From Callorhinchus milii (Eukaryota): 64,000 nt of DNA. The notes under the pieces were generated by a model. The model saw only the letters and a list, made by a program, of their open reading frames with translations. It did not search any database and had not been told where the DNA came from. Of this stretch, positions 1 through 14,160 are shown piece after piece; the stretch's first letter is position 1; each line of letters begins with the position of its first letter. The stretch lies in the NCBI RefSeq assembly GCF_018977255.1, contig NW_024704742.1, positions 108,998,001 through 109,062,000 of the forward strand, in the 5' to 3' direction. Position numbers and translations under genes: made by a program.

Positions 1-974
1 GTAGTTCAACTATTCAAGTCTTACCATTTGTGTAGTTTTGGACCCTTGCCCTATTAGATTTTAATTCCATTTCTGCTCCCTTGGTGTTGCCAGCCTTCCT
101 CCCCCTTGAGACAAAATATTCAGATTTATGCTAACTCACTAAGTATTACGTACCTCATAGTGTCTTCTATGATGACGCAACTGAAACCAGTTTGTTTGAA
201 GATTGATGCAAGTTGATGCAAATGTCAGATGTCCAGAGGCAGCAACATTGAGGCTACCAGAATAAATGACTTACTGCCACCAGTGTGGCATATTGGCTGT
301 TGTGTCTTTCTTGCCACGGACAAGGTAGTAATGCAGTTTTGTCACCACTGGAACTTCTTTGGATCAGTTGAGATTCTCCTGCCTGAGAGAACTACAAGTT
401 GTCAATGGTTTGGATTTGGCCTCACAACATGCAAGGACCAGCATTTGCAGGATAATATAAAAACATAATAATATAAAACAGTTCTGAACTATCCTGCAAC
501 ATAAAATGCAGGGATTTATCTGCGCAAATATAATTTCTTTATGGTCTAGTCAGTATTAGTATTCTAGTGTACTGCCCTTGAAAACGTGTACTGCCATAAA
601 GCAAAAGGATGCAAATGGAGACAAACTATGAATATCTGTATTTGCAAACAGAATGACCGACTTTAAAGTGCATTACAATAAAACGTAACATTTCTACACA
701 TGTTCTACACTGTCTCAATGCTACTTGGGGCTTAGTTTGTTCCTCTTGTATTAACAGTTATAGAAACAGGATAGGCCAGGGAAATTAATTAAAACTTTCA
801 ATGAGAGCTCCTTCACCTTCACCCCACTTCATGACTTCACTCCTTTTTTAAAAAAAAGTTTACATATCCCAGTTACTTAAGATAGTTCGACTGTCAGCTT
901 CTCTAAAGTATTAAACATTTTAAATAGCTCAAATTGAAAACATGATAGCCTCCAGCTTTAAGGAATATTGTAAT

Positions 975-1690
975 CCCGTACGCAACCTAAGCGTCAGGTT
1001 CGACCCCCAATTATCCTTCCTCCCCCAGATCCGGTCCCTCACCAGCACCGCTTTCTTTCACCTCCGACGCATTGCCCGTCTCCGCCAATACCTCTCCCCA
1101 AAAGCCACTGAAACCCTGGTCCATGCCTTTGTCACCTCTCAGCTGGACTACTCCAACGCCCACCTCGCCAGTTTCCCATTCACTACCATCCATAAAATCC
1201 AAATCATTCAATACTCTGCCGCCCGCATTCGCACCCGCACGAAACTCCGCTCCCCGATCACCCCAGTCCTTGCCAGACTGCACTGGCTGCCTATCCCAGA
1301 GAGGATCGATTTCAAGTTCCTCACCCTTGTATTCAAGTCCCTGCACTCCTCTGCACCCCCCTACCTCTCTGACCTCTCTCCTCCAAACAGTACCCGTTGC
1401 CTTCGTTCCTTCGGGTCTGGCCCCCTCCTCGTCCCCCGAGACCTCCGCTCCACCCTCGGCGGCCGTGGCTTCTGCCACTATGCCGCGAGGCCCTAGAACT
1501 GCCTTCCTCACTCCCTTCGTCTCGCTCCCTCCCTTCCCATCTTCAGGTCTCTGCTGAAGACCTTAATTTTTGACCGCGCCTTTGGTCACCTTCCTCCCCC
1601 TCCCCCTGGCTCGGTCCCGGGATCCGTTACAGTAAAGTGCTCTGAGACGCCATCCGGCGTGGAGGGCGCTATATAAATCCCAGTTGTTGT
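975..1690 (+). mobile_element. L2-clade LINE 3' fragment
   Basis: ORF 942-1496 has the L2 C-terminal motifs (VRNL..FD, ETLVHAFVTS.LDY, LHWLPI..RI.FK); ends gcgctatataaat...gttgttg. Confidence 0.9.
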
Positions 1691-2566
1691 AATCTGTAGT
1701 AAAATGGGAATGATGTGACTTCAGTGGTGATTCATTAAAACTGCTTCCAGCTTCCGATTTGTATTTTTTGATTATCTACCTCATTGTTGCTGTATGTTGC
1801 TGTAAATGACCCAGGCAAGTAAAAAAAAAACCTTTTTATAGAAAAAAATCATGATGGGCCACTAACATTTTCTAATGCTTCATGAAATTACGTTCTCTTT
1901 TGTTTATTTTTAGTTTATTTGTTTTTAATTCTTAATCCCATGTAAATTATGAATTGCATAGTAAGATGAAAAGGCTGACATTCAGCATTTCTTTTGATTC
2001 ATTACTGAATTGTGTGTACATCTATTTCTATGTACATTGATTTGCAAGTCAAGAAGGTCTTTGAACCTGTAAAGAAAATCTGTCCATTGTAGTTTGGAAG
2101 ATTTTCTATTATGTTAAAGAATGAAACATTAATGATTTATTTATTTTGGAGAACAGCTTCCTGAAAAATGGTTCTCCAGTGCCATTTCTTCATTCCACTG
2201 ATTTAGAAACTGCCCTTTTTGTATTCCAGGATTGTTTCTATAGAACCCAGATTAACATTATTGTTTTATATAGCTTCTCTTCTATTTGAGAAATGGTTCA
2301 GCTCAAAATGTTGAGGCCTGAGCTGTTATGTGGAATTTGCCTTGTTTACCTAGTGATGGAGAATTCCAGCCACAGTAAATGCTCGTGTACATTTTTTTCA
2401 GTAACAATTCACAACGTTTCCTGACCACAGATCTTACCCCAATCTCCATGGAAGGGTCAGCAAGATCTAAACCACATTGCTAACATAATATCTTAGTGTA
2501 CTCTGCCCTGGCAACCAGAAATCCAGCAAAAGTTATTTAACGTGATGTTTTGAAAGTTTTGCGTAT

Positions 2567-2835
2567 GCAGCTGAGGAAAAGGTTCATTAGACTCCAGCAA
2601 TACCTTAACGCACACTCTGGGGTCCCCAAGCCTTGATTCTTGCCAACCTGCGCCTAATACTTTTCCGAAATTAGGTTAGTAGGATGTTTCCCTCCAGTGA
2701 GACAGTGCACACTATTCCAACAATCTATCTCTGGAAGTTACATATATAGGTGAGATACATGGAATTCTCAGTTTGGTTTGGATACTCTTAAGCACGGTGA
2801 TGCAAGCGTCGGACCCTCGGATGACCAGAAAAAAA
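2567..2835 (+). repeat. Unclassified ~270 bp interspersed repeat, copy 1
   Basis: Aligns by eye with 28793-29063 (+) and 13415-13772 (-), e.g. aacctgc.cctaatactttt and ttggtttggata.tcttaagca.ggtga. Confidence 0.75.
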
Positions 2836-3096
2836 GGCTCATCCCAGGAACTGATGGTAAATTTATTTTCTGGCAACAAAGTTGCTTCTAAATTTGAGGC
2901 TGACATCAGGTCAGCGAACAACAACAATGGCAGAGTTTGCATATTGCTACTTGTACGGAGGTAGATTAAAATTGACCAGCTCAGTGATGCACGATTTTGG
3001 CTTCCATGTTAAGAAGCTTGAGATAGCATTGCTTTGAAAGAGAGAGTGCAAGCCGCATAAGATAGCTCCTGTAACAGGACCTCTACTTATTTACAG

Positions 3097-3141
3097 ATTG
3101 TTGATGCGGAAGTTTTGCAAGAGTACTGGAAAATTACAAAG
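3097..3141 (+). CDS. ELL2: ELL2 penultimate coding exon (45 nt)
   Basis: ttacAG|...|GTtggt, phase 0/0; translates IVDAEVLQEYWKITK, matching the recalled ELL2 occludin/ELL-domain segment (VHEEVLQEYQKIK); splices in frame to the next exon. Confidence 0.88.
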
Positions 3142-3869
3142 GTTGGTAACCATATTTTTCAAGTAGTCCACATCTTGAGTCCTTTTTGTTCATTTTTATC
3201 AGTTTGAAATTAAAATTCCTCTTGGAATTTTAATTTACTGGATATTTTCAACTGTCCTGATAAGATGCATAAGATATTTTGGAATAAAATAATCACTGCC
3301 TGTCATTGCAATATAGTGGTTTCTGTGGAGTTATCAACATTTGGACTGAACAAATAATTTTAAGTGTTAAATAAGATTGACATACACAAAAATGCACATT
3401 TTGTTCCATGTGTATCATTGCTTCTCATTCTTGATTGTATCCCATTGGCATTCTTTGTTTTAATAGAGGAGAAATAAAGGACATGGATCCCACCTCAAAT
3501 ACTTCTTGCAAGCCTATTTCACACATCAATAATAACTATAGATATAAAAGTAAGAACACATTCACATTTCTGTGAGCAAGAATTGCAGCTCAATGCTAGG
3601 ATTATGTTCAATGTGTACTTGGAACTGGGTAACCCTAACTGACTAATCCACAACTTTCAGGCATTCCTCCACTCCCCCATTTCCATTCTTTATGCATTAA
3701 TCAGCTATCCCAACCTTGGAGGGGAAAAAGATGATGACCAGACCCAACCTTCTCAGCCACACGATCCCCTGCAACACTTCTGCTTTAAGAAAGAAAGGTT
3801 CTTTTCAAACTAATGCTCGCATTAATGTTTTGTGTAAAACTCACATTCTTTTCATTTTTGTATCTACAG

Positions 3870-3986
3870 AACAGCCCCAACTATCATGAAGAGAAACGTA
3901 GGTGTGAATACCTGCACAAGAAACTGGCTCACATTAAGAGACTAATAGCAGATTATGATCGGCAGCGGCAACAATCATGGCATTAG
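3870..3986 (+). CDS. ELL2: ELL2 terminal coding exon
   Basis: Polypyrimidine tract + ctacAG; NSPNYHEEKRRCEYLHKKLAHIKRLIADYDRQRQQSWH*, the ELL-family C-terminus; adjacency to GLRX/RHOBTB3 favours the ELL2 paralogue. Confidence 0.92.
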   Translation, partial: NSPNYHEEKRRCEYLHKKLAHIKRLIADYDRQRQQSWH

Positions 3987-6900
3987 AACTCATTGGACAA
4001 TTTGCAATATTCCTCTGTGACCAGAAGGAGATGTGTAATAACGAAAAGCTAATTTATTTTGAATTTCAAAAATGTTACTCTTGGATTGATGTCTGAGACT
4101 TGTAAAAGTTTTTCAGCAGTTTCATGGTTAGATGATTTAAGTTCTGTTACTACCCTGAAACATATATGCTTTCACCCCCTAGTTTCTTTTGTAAATCAAG
4201 GCTTTAGAACCCTCTTTCTTTCCAATCTTCTACCATTACATTTTTGTTTATCCACACTGATCACATTGAGCAGATCAGCTGTTAAAGCAGATGTTAGTTA
4301 GAGGGTTCAGAGTACCTGAAGTTTCCTATGGTTTCTGATTTGACTTCTATATTTGTCTTAACAAATGATGGCACTAATAAACTCTTAACAGTTGGGGTAA
4401 ACAAAGGTATGTGGTACTTTCTAAATTTTCCTATTAATTTAAACACTTTGCCTTAAGTGGTAGAAAGTTTCTAAGGTAATTTGCACAAAATAGTTTTTAA
4501 AAAAATGTTCATAGGAATGTTAGAGGGTTCAAAGAATGAAATGTATGAAGAAGCACTATGAACTGCCTATCTATTTACACTGTGCTGCAATTTTGAAACC
4601 ATAGCCTAAAAATGCAAACAGCAAAGTCAGCCCCCTATGCTAATGTTGCCTTAAGGTGTTTGCTTGTGTACACTTGGTGTAGTGACTTTCAGCTACACAT
4701 AGCTTCCTTCTGTCCCATACCACTGGGAAGCTAACTGTGGCCTACTCGATATGTGCAAGAGAGTGTGTATGTGTAAGGGTGTGTGTGTGCATCTTGAGGG
4801 GGAAAAGAGGAAACTACTACCTTGTAGGCCAAAATGCTCAGGACAAAACTGATGAGTGTTATTATAGGAATTTTCCTATAAACATACTACTTCCTCTGTG
4901 GAAAAAAGCCTTTCCAGTTCAAGTAATTTATCAGCTTTATTAACATGAAAAAAGTTACTATAATACAAAATTTGAAAGAATCTATAGTTTTGGGGAAATT
5001 AAGAAACTAACCTTCAAGTAGGAGACCTATTTGTATACTAAAGTATTTTTCAAAAAAAAATTATATACAAAGAAGCAGTCACCTGCATGTAATAGTTTAT
5101 TTAAGATTTGTTTCTCCTGGGTGCCAGGAATATAACTGAAAACTGATGTACTTAATTAAAATACTGTGACCATCAAACAGCACAAAAATCATTTGAATTG
5201 ATGTAGTTTCTCTGTTCTTAAAACCAGTGCATTGCATTTCAGTTGACATATTGCCTCGCGAAATGGCAGTTAATTTATCATGTGGGAACATTAAGTTATT
5301 GGGTTGGACAATGCAAGGTTTTGGGATAAATATTAAGAATCCATTTCATCTATGTGAATTTTGTTTGTCTTTTCAAAGTGCTGCCAATTGAAAAGGGAAG
5401 CATTATGTTTACAAATATGAGTGTTGGAAAGTTTGCCAAATTGTTTGGTTGAATCTTTAATAAATTTTTTTGTCTCCAGCTTCACTCCATATTTTGGTTC
5501 TCTTCGGTCATGCTGTAAACCAAGAAGCTTGCTCCTTTTATTCTCGGAGACGAACTTTGTCTAACATTTTGTAGCAGAAGTGACAGCGAAGATGAGAGTA
5601 CATGAATATTTACAGTACCAGTCATTATTTTCAGTAATCCTTATTGCAGGTGAGATGCAATAAGGATTATAGATTTGAATCATCTCATAATTCAAACTCT
5701 TCCAGCTTTCTTAGTCTTTTATCATAGATTCTTTTGGAATATACATGGTTCATTCCATTAATAACAGTTGGATGACTTGTCTCCCTCAATTATGAGGAGT
5801 GGATGTTAATTTGCCAGTTATTTTAGTACACTGCCTGCAATAGTTTAGCTTTGGCCTTTTTGGAAAACCTTTTGATTCTTTTATTTCCAAGTGGATTTTT
5901 TTTAAAACTGTCTTAACTTCACAGCTATCGATAGTGGACAGTGTTTAGCAATGAGATTGTTTGATTCCTGTATATACCTCATAAATGTATTTAGCATTTA
6001 GTGACCTCAACATCTCCCAGTTTAAGTATTCACATATTCCTTGTAGTTACCAGTTTTTTTTTCAGGATTTTAGAATAGTTTTGAACAGTCACCTTATTTA
6101 AAAGTTGAGACAAGAGTATTCATCAATGTATGTCTGCAGCAATTCTTTTCAGATTTTCTATGTTGAAGTTGACCAAAGCTCATTTCATTTGTACCCATGT
6201 ATAAGACAAGCACCTATAGCAATAGACTTATTCTGTATATTATTTTTTAATTTCAGATTACAGTACTTAATTCATATCTGTAAGGTTAACTGAGATTCCC
6301 CGCCTAAAATACATATTCAAATTTGTTATTTGCGAACGATGCAAGTATTTATCACATAGGTCAGTTGAAGTGGGTGCCAAATACTGGGCTTTTTTGACTC
6401 AATTTTTAAAAAAAATCTAATTTTTGGAGATTTTTATCACTTTAAGTAGAACACTAGCTTTACTAAGCTGCCTTTACATTTTTGTTTTATTTCCTAGTAA
6501 ATTAGTAGGGAGATGATGTATTATTGGCAAAACAATCACTATAAAGCTAAGGAACACAACTATCATCTGACTGGTATACAAAGTATATATTCTAGTCTCT
6601 GGTGACATACAGAATGCTAATATCTTCCAGTCCAGGATGCTGTTAGAAAATGAACTTTGGATATGGAGAATTGAAATTTTGGGCCAAAGCTGCACTAATC
6701 CCTGACTTTTGAAAATTAGCTAAACACTTTCAATTGCACTGTTGCATTATCACTCTTCAACAACAAGGATTTCTGGAATTAATTAAAGTACTTGTGCATT
6801 TTAAGGTGAAGGATTGATTTGCTTTACAAATGCTTTCTCTGAGGTTTGCCTAAATCTGTTTAAAATTGTGCAACACATGTACTGCTTTAATATTTAGTCC

Positions 6901-8235
6901 GGAATGTAGTGAAAGTTATTCTTAGTTAATCATTTGATCAGTGTTTAAACACAGTGGTATGAAGATTGCTGCCAGTCTTGCTGTGATTCATTATATTCCT
7001 GGCTGCACAGTTAGGAGGGTACTCGTGAGACTGTCAGCATTCTGTACTCAAGTCTGCATTCAAACATAAAGATAAAATTTACTGTTAGAAATACCTGGTT
7101 TTACAGCCAAAGGATGTTTCAATCATAAAAAGTGAAGATGCTGTCCACTGGAGAAGATATTTATGGAAATCAATTAGAATTTTGATCATTGCATTTTATT
7201 GATGGATTTTTGTAATATGTATTCAATGCAACATGTGATCAACAAGCTTTCAATGTAACTGGCAAACCAAAAGAGCATTTTCGCAGAAAAGCACCCATTC
7301 TAACTCTTAAATTGATTAAAAAAAGAAATTGATGATTTATGATTAGCGCAATGCTCTAATGCAAGTCATTTCAACAGTGGTTGGTATTTTAACAATACAT
7401 AGAGTTCCCAAAGAAAAATCTTATAATACCTTTCTTTATCAGCACAACAGAAATGACTTGTTGATGATGCAAAAGTCATTAGTAAAAGCTAACTCAAATT
7501 TCATATTTCCAAAATATTAAAACTGACAGGTTGACAGGTATCATTACTGTTGCTTCTTGGGTGATTATACTAATATTTATTGTATTAAATTCTGAAATGT
7601 TTTTTTCATTTGCCAGCAGCTTCAGATATTATTGAATTATTGGTAACGTAAAATGTATTTCATTCCATTGTAAAACAGTATTGTCTTGTTTGCAAAGGTA
7701 ACTTTTGTTCAAACCTGTATCATTGCCCGTTTTTGAATGTCTTTATCCTTCCTGCAATCTTGGTATGTGTGCCAGGTAAACAGGTCTTTGCCTCAATACT
7801 TAGAAGTCTTCATATAGCTAATTTGTTGTATCTCTTCCCCACGTGTGCCTAATGGACACAGTTGAAGCCAGCACTTTGAACTGTTTTGCACGGATATGAA
7901 ATGGTATTCAACACTACGGATGACAAAAGGAATGGATGGAATTAAAAGTATAACTGGAACTTGTAAGATTCTCTTAGGAGTTGTGAATGACTTTCTAATT
8001 TCTTGAACTAACGTGGTAAATCTTGTCTACCATCTAGTTTGGACCATTGAAACTGGAAGTGCTGCAGGAGTGCTTTTGCTGATTTAAAGAAAATACAAGA
8101 GCAGAACATTTGAGCCACAATGCCCCCATTTCACATGTAATGCAAGCTGTTTGTAAAAAGAAATTTTACATTAAAATGTCAACTTTGCACATCTAATGAC
8201 AAGTCTTGTTTTATTAAATTTTGCAACAATACGTT
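3987..8235 (+). other. ELL2: Putative long ELL2 3'UTR
   Basis: AT-rich ~4.2 kb with no recognisable interspersed repeat; AATAAA near 4376 and 5459, ATTAAA at 8213-8218 just before repeats resume; 3' end inferred. Confidence 0.55.
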
Positions 8236-8274
8236 TAGCTTTTACTATAAGTAAGAGATAATGTAACTTAACAA

Positions 8275-8445
8275 TATCATAGAATCATACAGCACAGAAA
8301 GGCCATTCGGCCCATCGTGTCTGCGCCAGCTCCGAAAAGAGCAATGAAACTCAATCCCGCTGCCCCGCTTTCTCTCCATAGCCCTGCAATCCTGTCCTCC
8401 CCAAATACCCATCTACTTCTCTCTTAAAAGCTGTTATTGAATCGT
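8275..8445 (-). mobile_element. CR1 LINE 3' end
   Basis: catagaatcatacagcacagaaaggccattcggcccatcg is the reverse complement of a typical CR1 tail; similar to 50930-50990. Confidence 0.8.
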
Positions 8446-9619
8446 GTAATGCAATTTAAATTTATATAGTGTTTTGGAGGATGTCACAAAGCACTTGACA
8501 ATTCTGGCTGGGGACTATAGCTGAGGGGGTGGAGGGGGAAATGACCAAAAGCATAGTCAAAGAAAGGTGTTTTGAGCTGTTCTTTGAAGGAGGGTGGAGG
8601 AGATGTTGGAAGGATCTCGGAATTGAGTCCAGAGAATGGCTAAAACACATTTGTAGAGTAGAAAATAAAGGAACTTTGTTCTCTCAGTGAATGTACAGCA
8701 CATGTCAATTATCATCAGTTATCATGGTGCAATCAGCCAGAAGGATGTATGCTTTGGCAGATAAGATTGATAATGTTAGTTTCTGCAGCTGCTCTGCTCT
8801 GATATGGACTCACTACTTCTGTAAAGGCCAAAAGGAAATTGATAAACGTCTTGCAGTGCAGTACATTCTCGAGACCTGAAATTGCTGTTGCATTCAAACT
8901 ATAACTGCTGATGTCAATTTTCTTTCAGATGGTGCACTCTGTTAAGACTTCTGTTCCATTTGTGCACCAATATAGTATATTCTGTGAAGCACTTTGAGAC
9001 ATCTAGAAGACGTGAAAAGCGCTATATCAAATACAACGATTATTATTCTTCCCAAGTAAGTTCAGTGTTGGGCCTTGGACAACAGGTTTCTCAAATAAAC
9101 CAGTATTATATGTCTGCCCTCGGAGGATAGATACTGACAGTTCTGAATAACTCTGCCCCACTATACAAGTTCAAAGTCCCAACATGAACCTGCAACACTC
9201 TGACTCAGTGGGAGTACTGGTGACCGAGTCAAGCTGACACCTGAATAATAAACGATAGAAGCTCTGTGAGTCACTGATTAGAAACGTTCTAGCTGTGGTC
9301 ACTTGTTTATCCTACTCTAAATGACTTGGTAGGTTATATAAAAATGCTGATATGTAGGCAGGTTAGGGGGCAGTATAAGGAAGACAAATGGTGTGTAAGA
9401 CTAGGTTGACTAATTGGGTCAATGTAGGAGGGAGTCTGGCAAGGAGAATTGAAAAGATGGATGTGATTATTCATTCACTGAGTTTTCATTCAATGTGAAG
9501 AAAAGCTACCCTGGCACATCATTAAAAGTTAAAATAACTTATTCTGACCTACATAGGCCACATTTTGCAATGTGGTGCACAGTTTGGGGAACTCTTAATA
9601 ATAATCCTGCCACCTGCTA

Positions 9620-9985
9620 TAATGCTTATGATGTAGAAATATTTCAAAGCACTTTATCAGCAATTGTTGTCAAATGTGCACTTGTAGACAAAAGCAATCA
9701 CTAATGTGTACACAGCAAGCGGCTACAAACAGCCTCTAAGTGAATGACCAATTGTATCTGGGCGATTGTTGTCCAGATACACCAGGAGAAGCTCTTCTCT
9801 TTTCAAATATCAAAGATCTTTGACGTACATCTGATAAGACAGATGGGACCTGTTTAACATCTCATCTGTAGGACAGCACCACCAATCATGGTCCCCGTTG
9901 CAACAGACTGGGAGCCTGGAGCTCAAGTCCTGACATGAACCAACAACCTTCTGACACAAAAGATCAGAGTGATAGCAACTGACAC
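9620..9985 (-). mobile_element. Old Deu-domain SINE (degenerate)
   Basis: Degenerate tail, Deu core (cacagcaa...acaaacagc, tttaacatctcatc...ggacagcacc) and tRNA-like head. Confidence 0.6.
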
Positions 9986-10264
9986 AAAGGACACTTCAGA
10001 GCAGTGCAAAGTATGTTTTAGTGAAACTAGAATGACTCTAAATCCCAAGGAGAGACTCAGATAATGAATCTATTTGCATAAAAAAAAACAAGTCCCAAAG
10101 TGGGGGAGGGGGGCTTAAACTTAAGAGTCTTTTGACAGAAGCAAGAGTACTGTACCTTTAGGCCTAGAACAAGGGATTTGCAGTGAGTGACGAGCTAAAG
10201 TTTAAGACCTGCCCTTATCTTTATTACAGCGTGAATAGCTCATGGAAGCTTTTGAGAAATACTA

Positions 10265-11060
10265 AATAATAATCCTCACATTTGGTGCAGCACCTTTCAC
10301 ATCAGGAAGATGTCTCAAAGCACTTCAAAGGATATAATGTAACGTGGAGTGACTGTAGGCAAACACAGCAGCTCATTTGTACACAACAGTGTCCCACAAA
10401 CAGCTTAGAAGGTTATGCTGATAGGCTTAGTTGAGGAAGGGAGGGGGAGGCTCATAAACACCAGCATAGACCAGTTAGGCCGAATGGCCTGTTTCTGTGC
10501 TGTATATTTTATGTAAATCCATGAAATGTGAATGACCATGTTTTTTGTGGGATTGTTGGCCAGGACACTGGCCCAGAGCTGACACTTCTTTCTCTTTTTT
10601 TAAAAGGATCTTTAATATTCACCTGAACAGACAGGACCTCAATTTAACATCTCATTCGAAGGGCACCGTCTGGAGTGTCAGCTTAGACTACATGAGTTCA
10701 ATGTAAAGTAAAGCCTCTGTTTACCAAGCAGTAAGTAGGAATCCGGTTGTTAATCAATTGGCGGATTGCTTTCCAGGGGTAATAATCCATCCAGAAAAAA
10801 ATTTTGGTCACTCAATCCATGTCTGTTTGTGGGACACTGTTGCGCACAATTGGCTGTCACACTTCGCCCACAAAATACACAGTCAATTCACTTTACAAAA
10901 TATTCTGTGGAGCGCAGTGAAATGTCTCGAAGACTGGATAAGGCTCTATATCAAATGCAAGTATTATTACTATTATTATAAAATGTCCCAACATGGAGCT
11001 TGAACTCACAACCTGCTGAATCAGAGGTGAGCGTGCTACCAAACCGAGCCAGGCTACACA
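10265..11060 (-). mobile_element. Old Deu-domain SINE interrupted by a CR1 tail (~10450-10520) and a younger SINE fragment on + (~10705-10980)
   Basis: SINE tail, core and head segments flank the inserts; the inner SINE ends in (tat)n. Confidence 0.65.
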
Positions 11061-13414
11061 GTTCAACAAATTGCATGTACAAGTTGTACCACTACAAATT
11101 GGGAAAAGAAAAAATCTGAATTTTAAATGAAGACTACCATCAATCCATTCAAAAAGGTGAATTTAAAACCACGAAAGGTGAAGGCTAAGATTCTAGTGTT
11201 AGGATTCAGAGATAACTGATGTTGCCAAACTGTTGTATTTTATTAGTATCTGGTGCTCTCTGCTGGAATTTTGTTTGTAGTTTTCAGTTACCTCTGGCAA
11301 GTGTTGAATAAATAATTTTGACGACTTCACAGTCAAATATCTCAAGCCTTTCTCCCCAATACAGGAAAGTGCAAGTTATGTATAACCTCTGACAGCCTTA
11401 ACATTACATGACATATCTATGTTGTGCAGCTACATGTTTACCATTGAAGTGTAACAATTTCACAAAGCAATGATAAAGAATAGCAATGATTGAATGGAAA
11501 CTAAATAGAGTTTTACCAGATAGTTGGGGTTATTGGGAGTGGGGGTCAATAATTGAGTTTTAAAGAGGGAAGGAAAAATATCAGCACATCTAATTTTAGT
11601 ATTCTGTAATTGGTTGCAACTACTGTATTGTTAGTACAGCGTGAATTCTCTGGGCCATGTGTTTCTCTTGGACTGAGTTCATTAAATTTGGAAAATGTAA
11701 GTTGATAATGGGAAAAATCTTATGAGAAGTGCACATTGTCAAAATTGCTATTCCATACTTAATAAATAAGTGTGTTAAGTCCTCTGTCTAGTCCCTTCTT
11801 TCAAATCACACCTGAAGACTTTCCTCCACGACAATTACTTCGGTCAACTCCCCTGTCTTTCCAGCTCAGTATCAATCCATACCTCTGTTAAGCGTTCCAA
11901 GAAGCTACCGGCATGAAGGGTGCTATATAAATGTGAGTTGTTGTGTCCAGATAGGGAGGAAAGCTTGGTGGAGCAGTTCTCTGATTCATCAGTTCAAGAA
12001 GTGCCATTTCAATTGGTCTGCTCAATCACTGCAACTTAAGTGGCTCAGATATATTGCCTTTCTTAGCCGCCAGAGTAAATAAATTGATCAAATCTAGATC
12101 ATCAACACCATGAGGGAAAGTGAATTAGCGTTACTGGGATCTGCACACATCTATAATTGATGGAAGGAAAATCTTGCCAGTTTGTGCTTAATTGGCTTTG
12201 TTAGTAACATCCTTACCTTTAAGGCCTGAAGTTTGTAGATTCAAGCCCCATATTGGGATTTGAGTCCATACTTTAAACTCAGACTCCAAATTCAGACTCC
12301 AGTATAGTATTTGGTTAAATCTTGCATTATCGGAAGTGCCAACCTTAAAGTGACATGTTAAACTAAGGTCTCACTTCACACTAACTACCTGCAAATCACT
12401 TTGAGCCATTTGAACATGATGAGACATGATTAAAAAAGTAACTACTTTGTCTTTCTGACAGATGTAAGCAGCCTACATAAGATGAGGTTGTGCTGTAAAA
12501 TGAGTAATTGTTGGGATCAAAGCAATTTGTTGTGGCAGGTTGGAGAGAGATTTCTAAACCTGAATTGGGATTATTTGACAGTGGATGGTTGGGTGGGAAT
12601 ATTCAGTTTCCCAGAACTGGCCTCACCTTGAAACGCACAAAGTCTCCATTTACAGTACAATGTAACCAAGTACAATTGTTTTTATAAATGGTTTAACTGG
12701 ATATAAATCTATTAGCTAATTTGTGGTATTTTGTGACTGTATTCCTTAATAAAGACCTCTATCCAGAAGAAAGATGCATCAGAGCATAGTTTTCCCTTCG
12801 ACCAGTGTGATGTATGGCCAGTTATCATGGAGAGCATTACCTGGCAAGCTTCCCTCTGTTTATCCAGCTGTAATCAACCTACCCATTAAGGTGGGACATC
12901 CTCCTGACGTGAAAGGCGCTATACCAATGAATTTTGTTGTTGTTATTGTGGCTTGCAGGATGAACAAGAGCCGAGTGGAACTATTACCTCAGAAACTTGA
13001 TGGACCTTGCTGTGAGCAAATTGTCTGCTATATCTACCTGCAAAATACAGTCACTTTACAACAATTCCCTGTGAAGTGCTCGGAGATGTTTCAATATTAA
13101 AAGCACTAAATAAAATGCAAAAATTATATTTCTCCACACAAATGACTGTGATACTATGACATGCAACAGGGGTGTTAAAAGGCAGATATACTCTTGATAG
13201 CCAAAGATATTAAAGGGTAAGAATGGGAAAATACATTTAAAAATTAAAAGGTTTAATAAAATGAAGGTTTGATAGGCTACTTGGCCTGTTTCTGATCTCT
13301 AGAGTAGTCATGGGGCTATATATCTAATATGTCTAATTGACATCATTATCTAAGATATAATGATCCTTGGATTTGATAGAGTGCCTTATCACTTTTTTTG
13401 TGGGGGGAGGGGGG

Positions 13415-13772
13415 TTGGTCAGCTGGATATCTGACATTCAGAAATCCATCACCATGTTTACGAGTATCCAAACCAAAGTGTGAGTTCCATGTCTCCCACC
13501 TATTCAAGGAGATTCCCGAGATATAGTAATAATAATAATCCTTGTATTTGATATAGCGTCTTATCACGTCTCTGAGACGTCTCAAAGCGCTTCATAGAAT
13601 ATATTGAAAGTGAATTCACTGTATATTTTGTGGGCGAAACCCAAATATTTATTGGAATGGAATGCACACTCTCTCCCTGAAGGGATGCATCCTGCTTGCA
13701 TAATTCTGCAGGTTCGCAACAGCCAAGGCTTGAAGACCCAGAGTGTGTGTTGGGGTCTAAGCAGCTAAAACC
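13415..13772 (-). repeat. Unclassified repeat copy 2, split by a SINE 3' fragment (~13525-13645)
   Basis: gagtatccaaaccaaa and gatgcatcctgctt are reverse complements of motifs in the other copies. Confidence 0.65.
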
Positions 13773-13794
13773 TTGTCATTGAGATCATGTCATT

Positions 13795-14160
13795 CAGATA
13801 TCTCAAAGATTTTACTATCAAGTGCAGTGCCTTTGTATTTGTAGACAAATGAGGCAGTCAATTTGTGCACAGCAATGTCCCACACACAGCCATGAAATGA
13901 ATGACTATTTTATTTGGGGAACTGTTGGCCAGGACACCAGGAGAAACTCTCTTCTCTTTTCGAATAGTGAGATAGGAATCTTTAATACCCACTTGTTAGA
14001 TGAAAGACAGGACCTCAGTTTAATGTCTCATCCAAAGGAAACCACCTCTAAGCAAGTAGGATTCCCCCCTTCCGCCTTCCCAAGCACTGGAATTTCAGCC
14101 TGTGAGTTTAAAAGTCCCAGTGCAAAACTTTCTGACCAGAAGCAAGAGCCAAGCTGACAA
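13795..14160 (-). mobile_element. Old Deu-domain SINE
   Basis: gcagtcaatttgtgcacagcaatgtcccac core; gagccaagctgaca head end. Confidence 0.7.
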
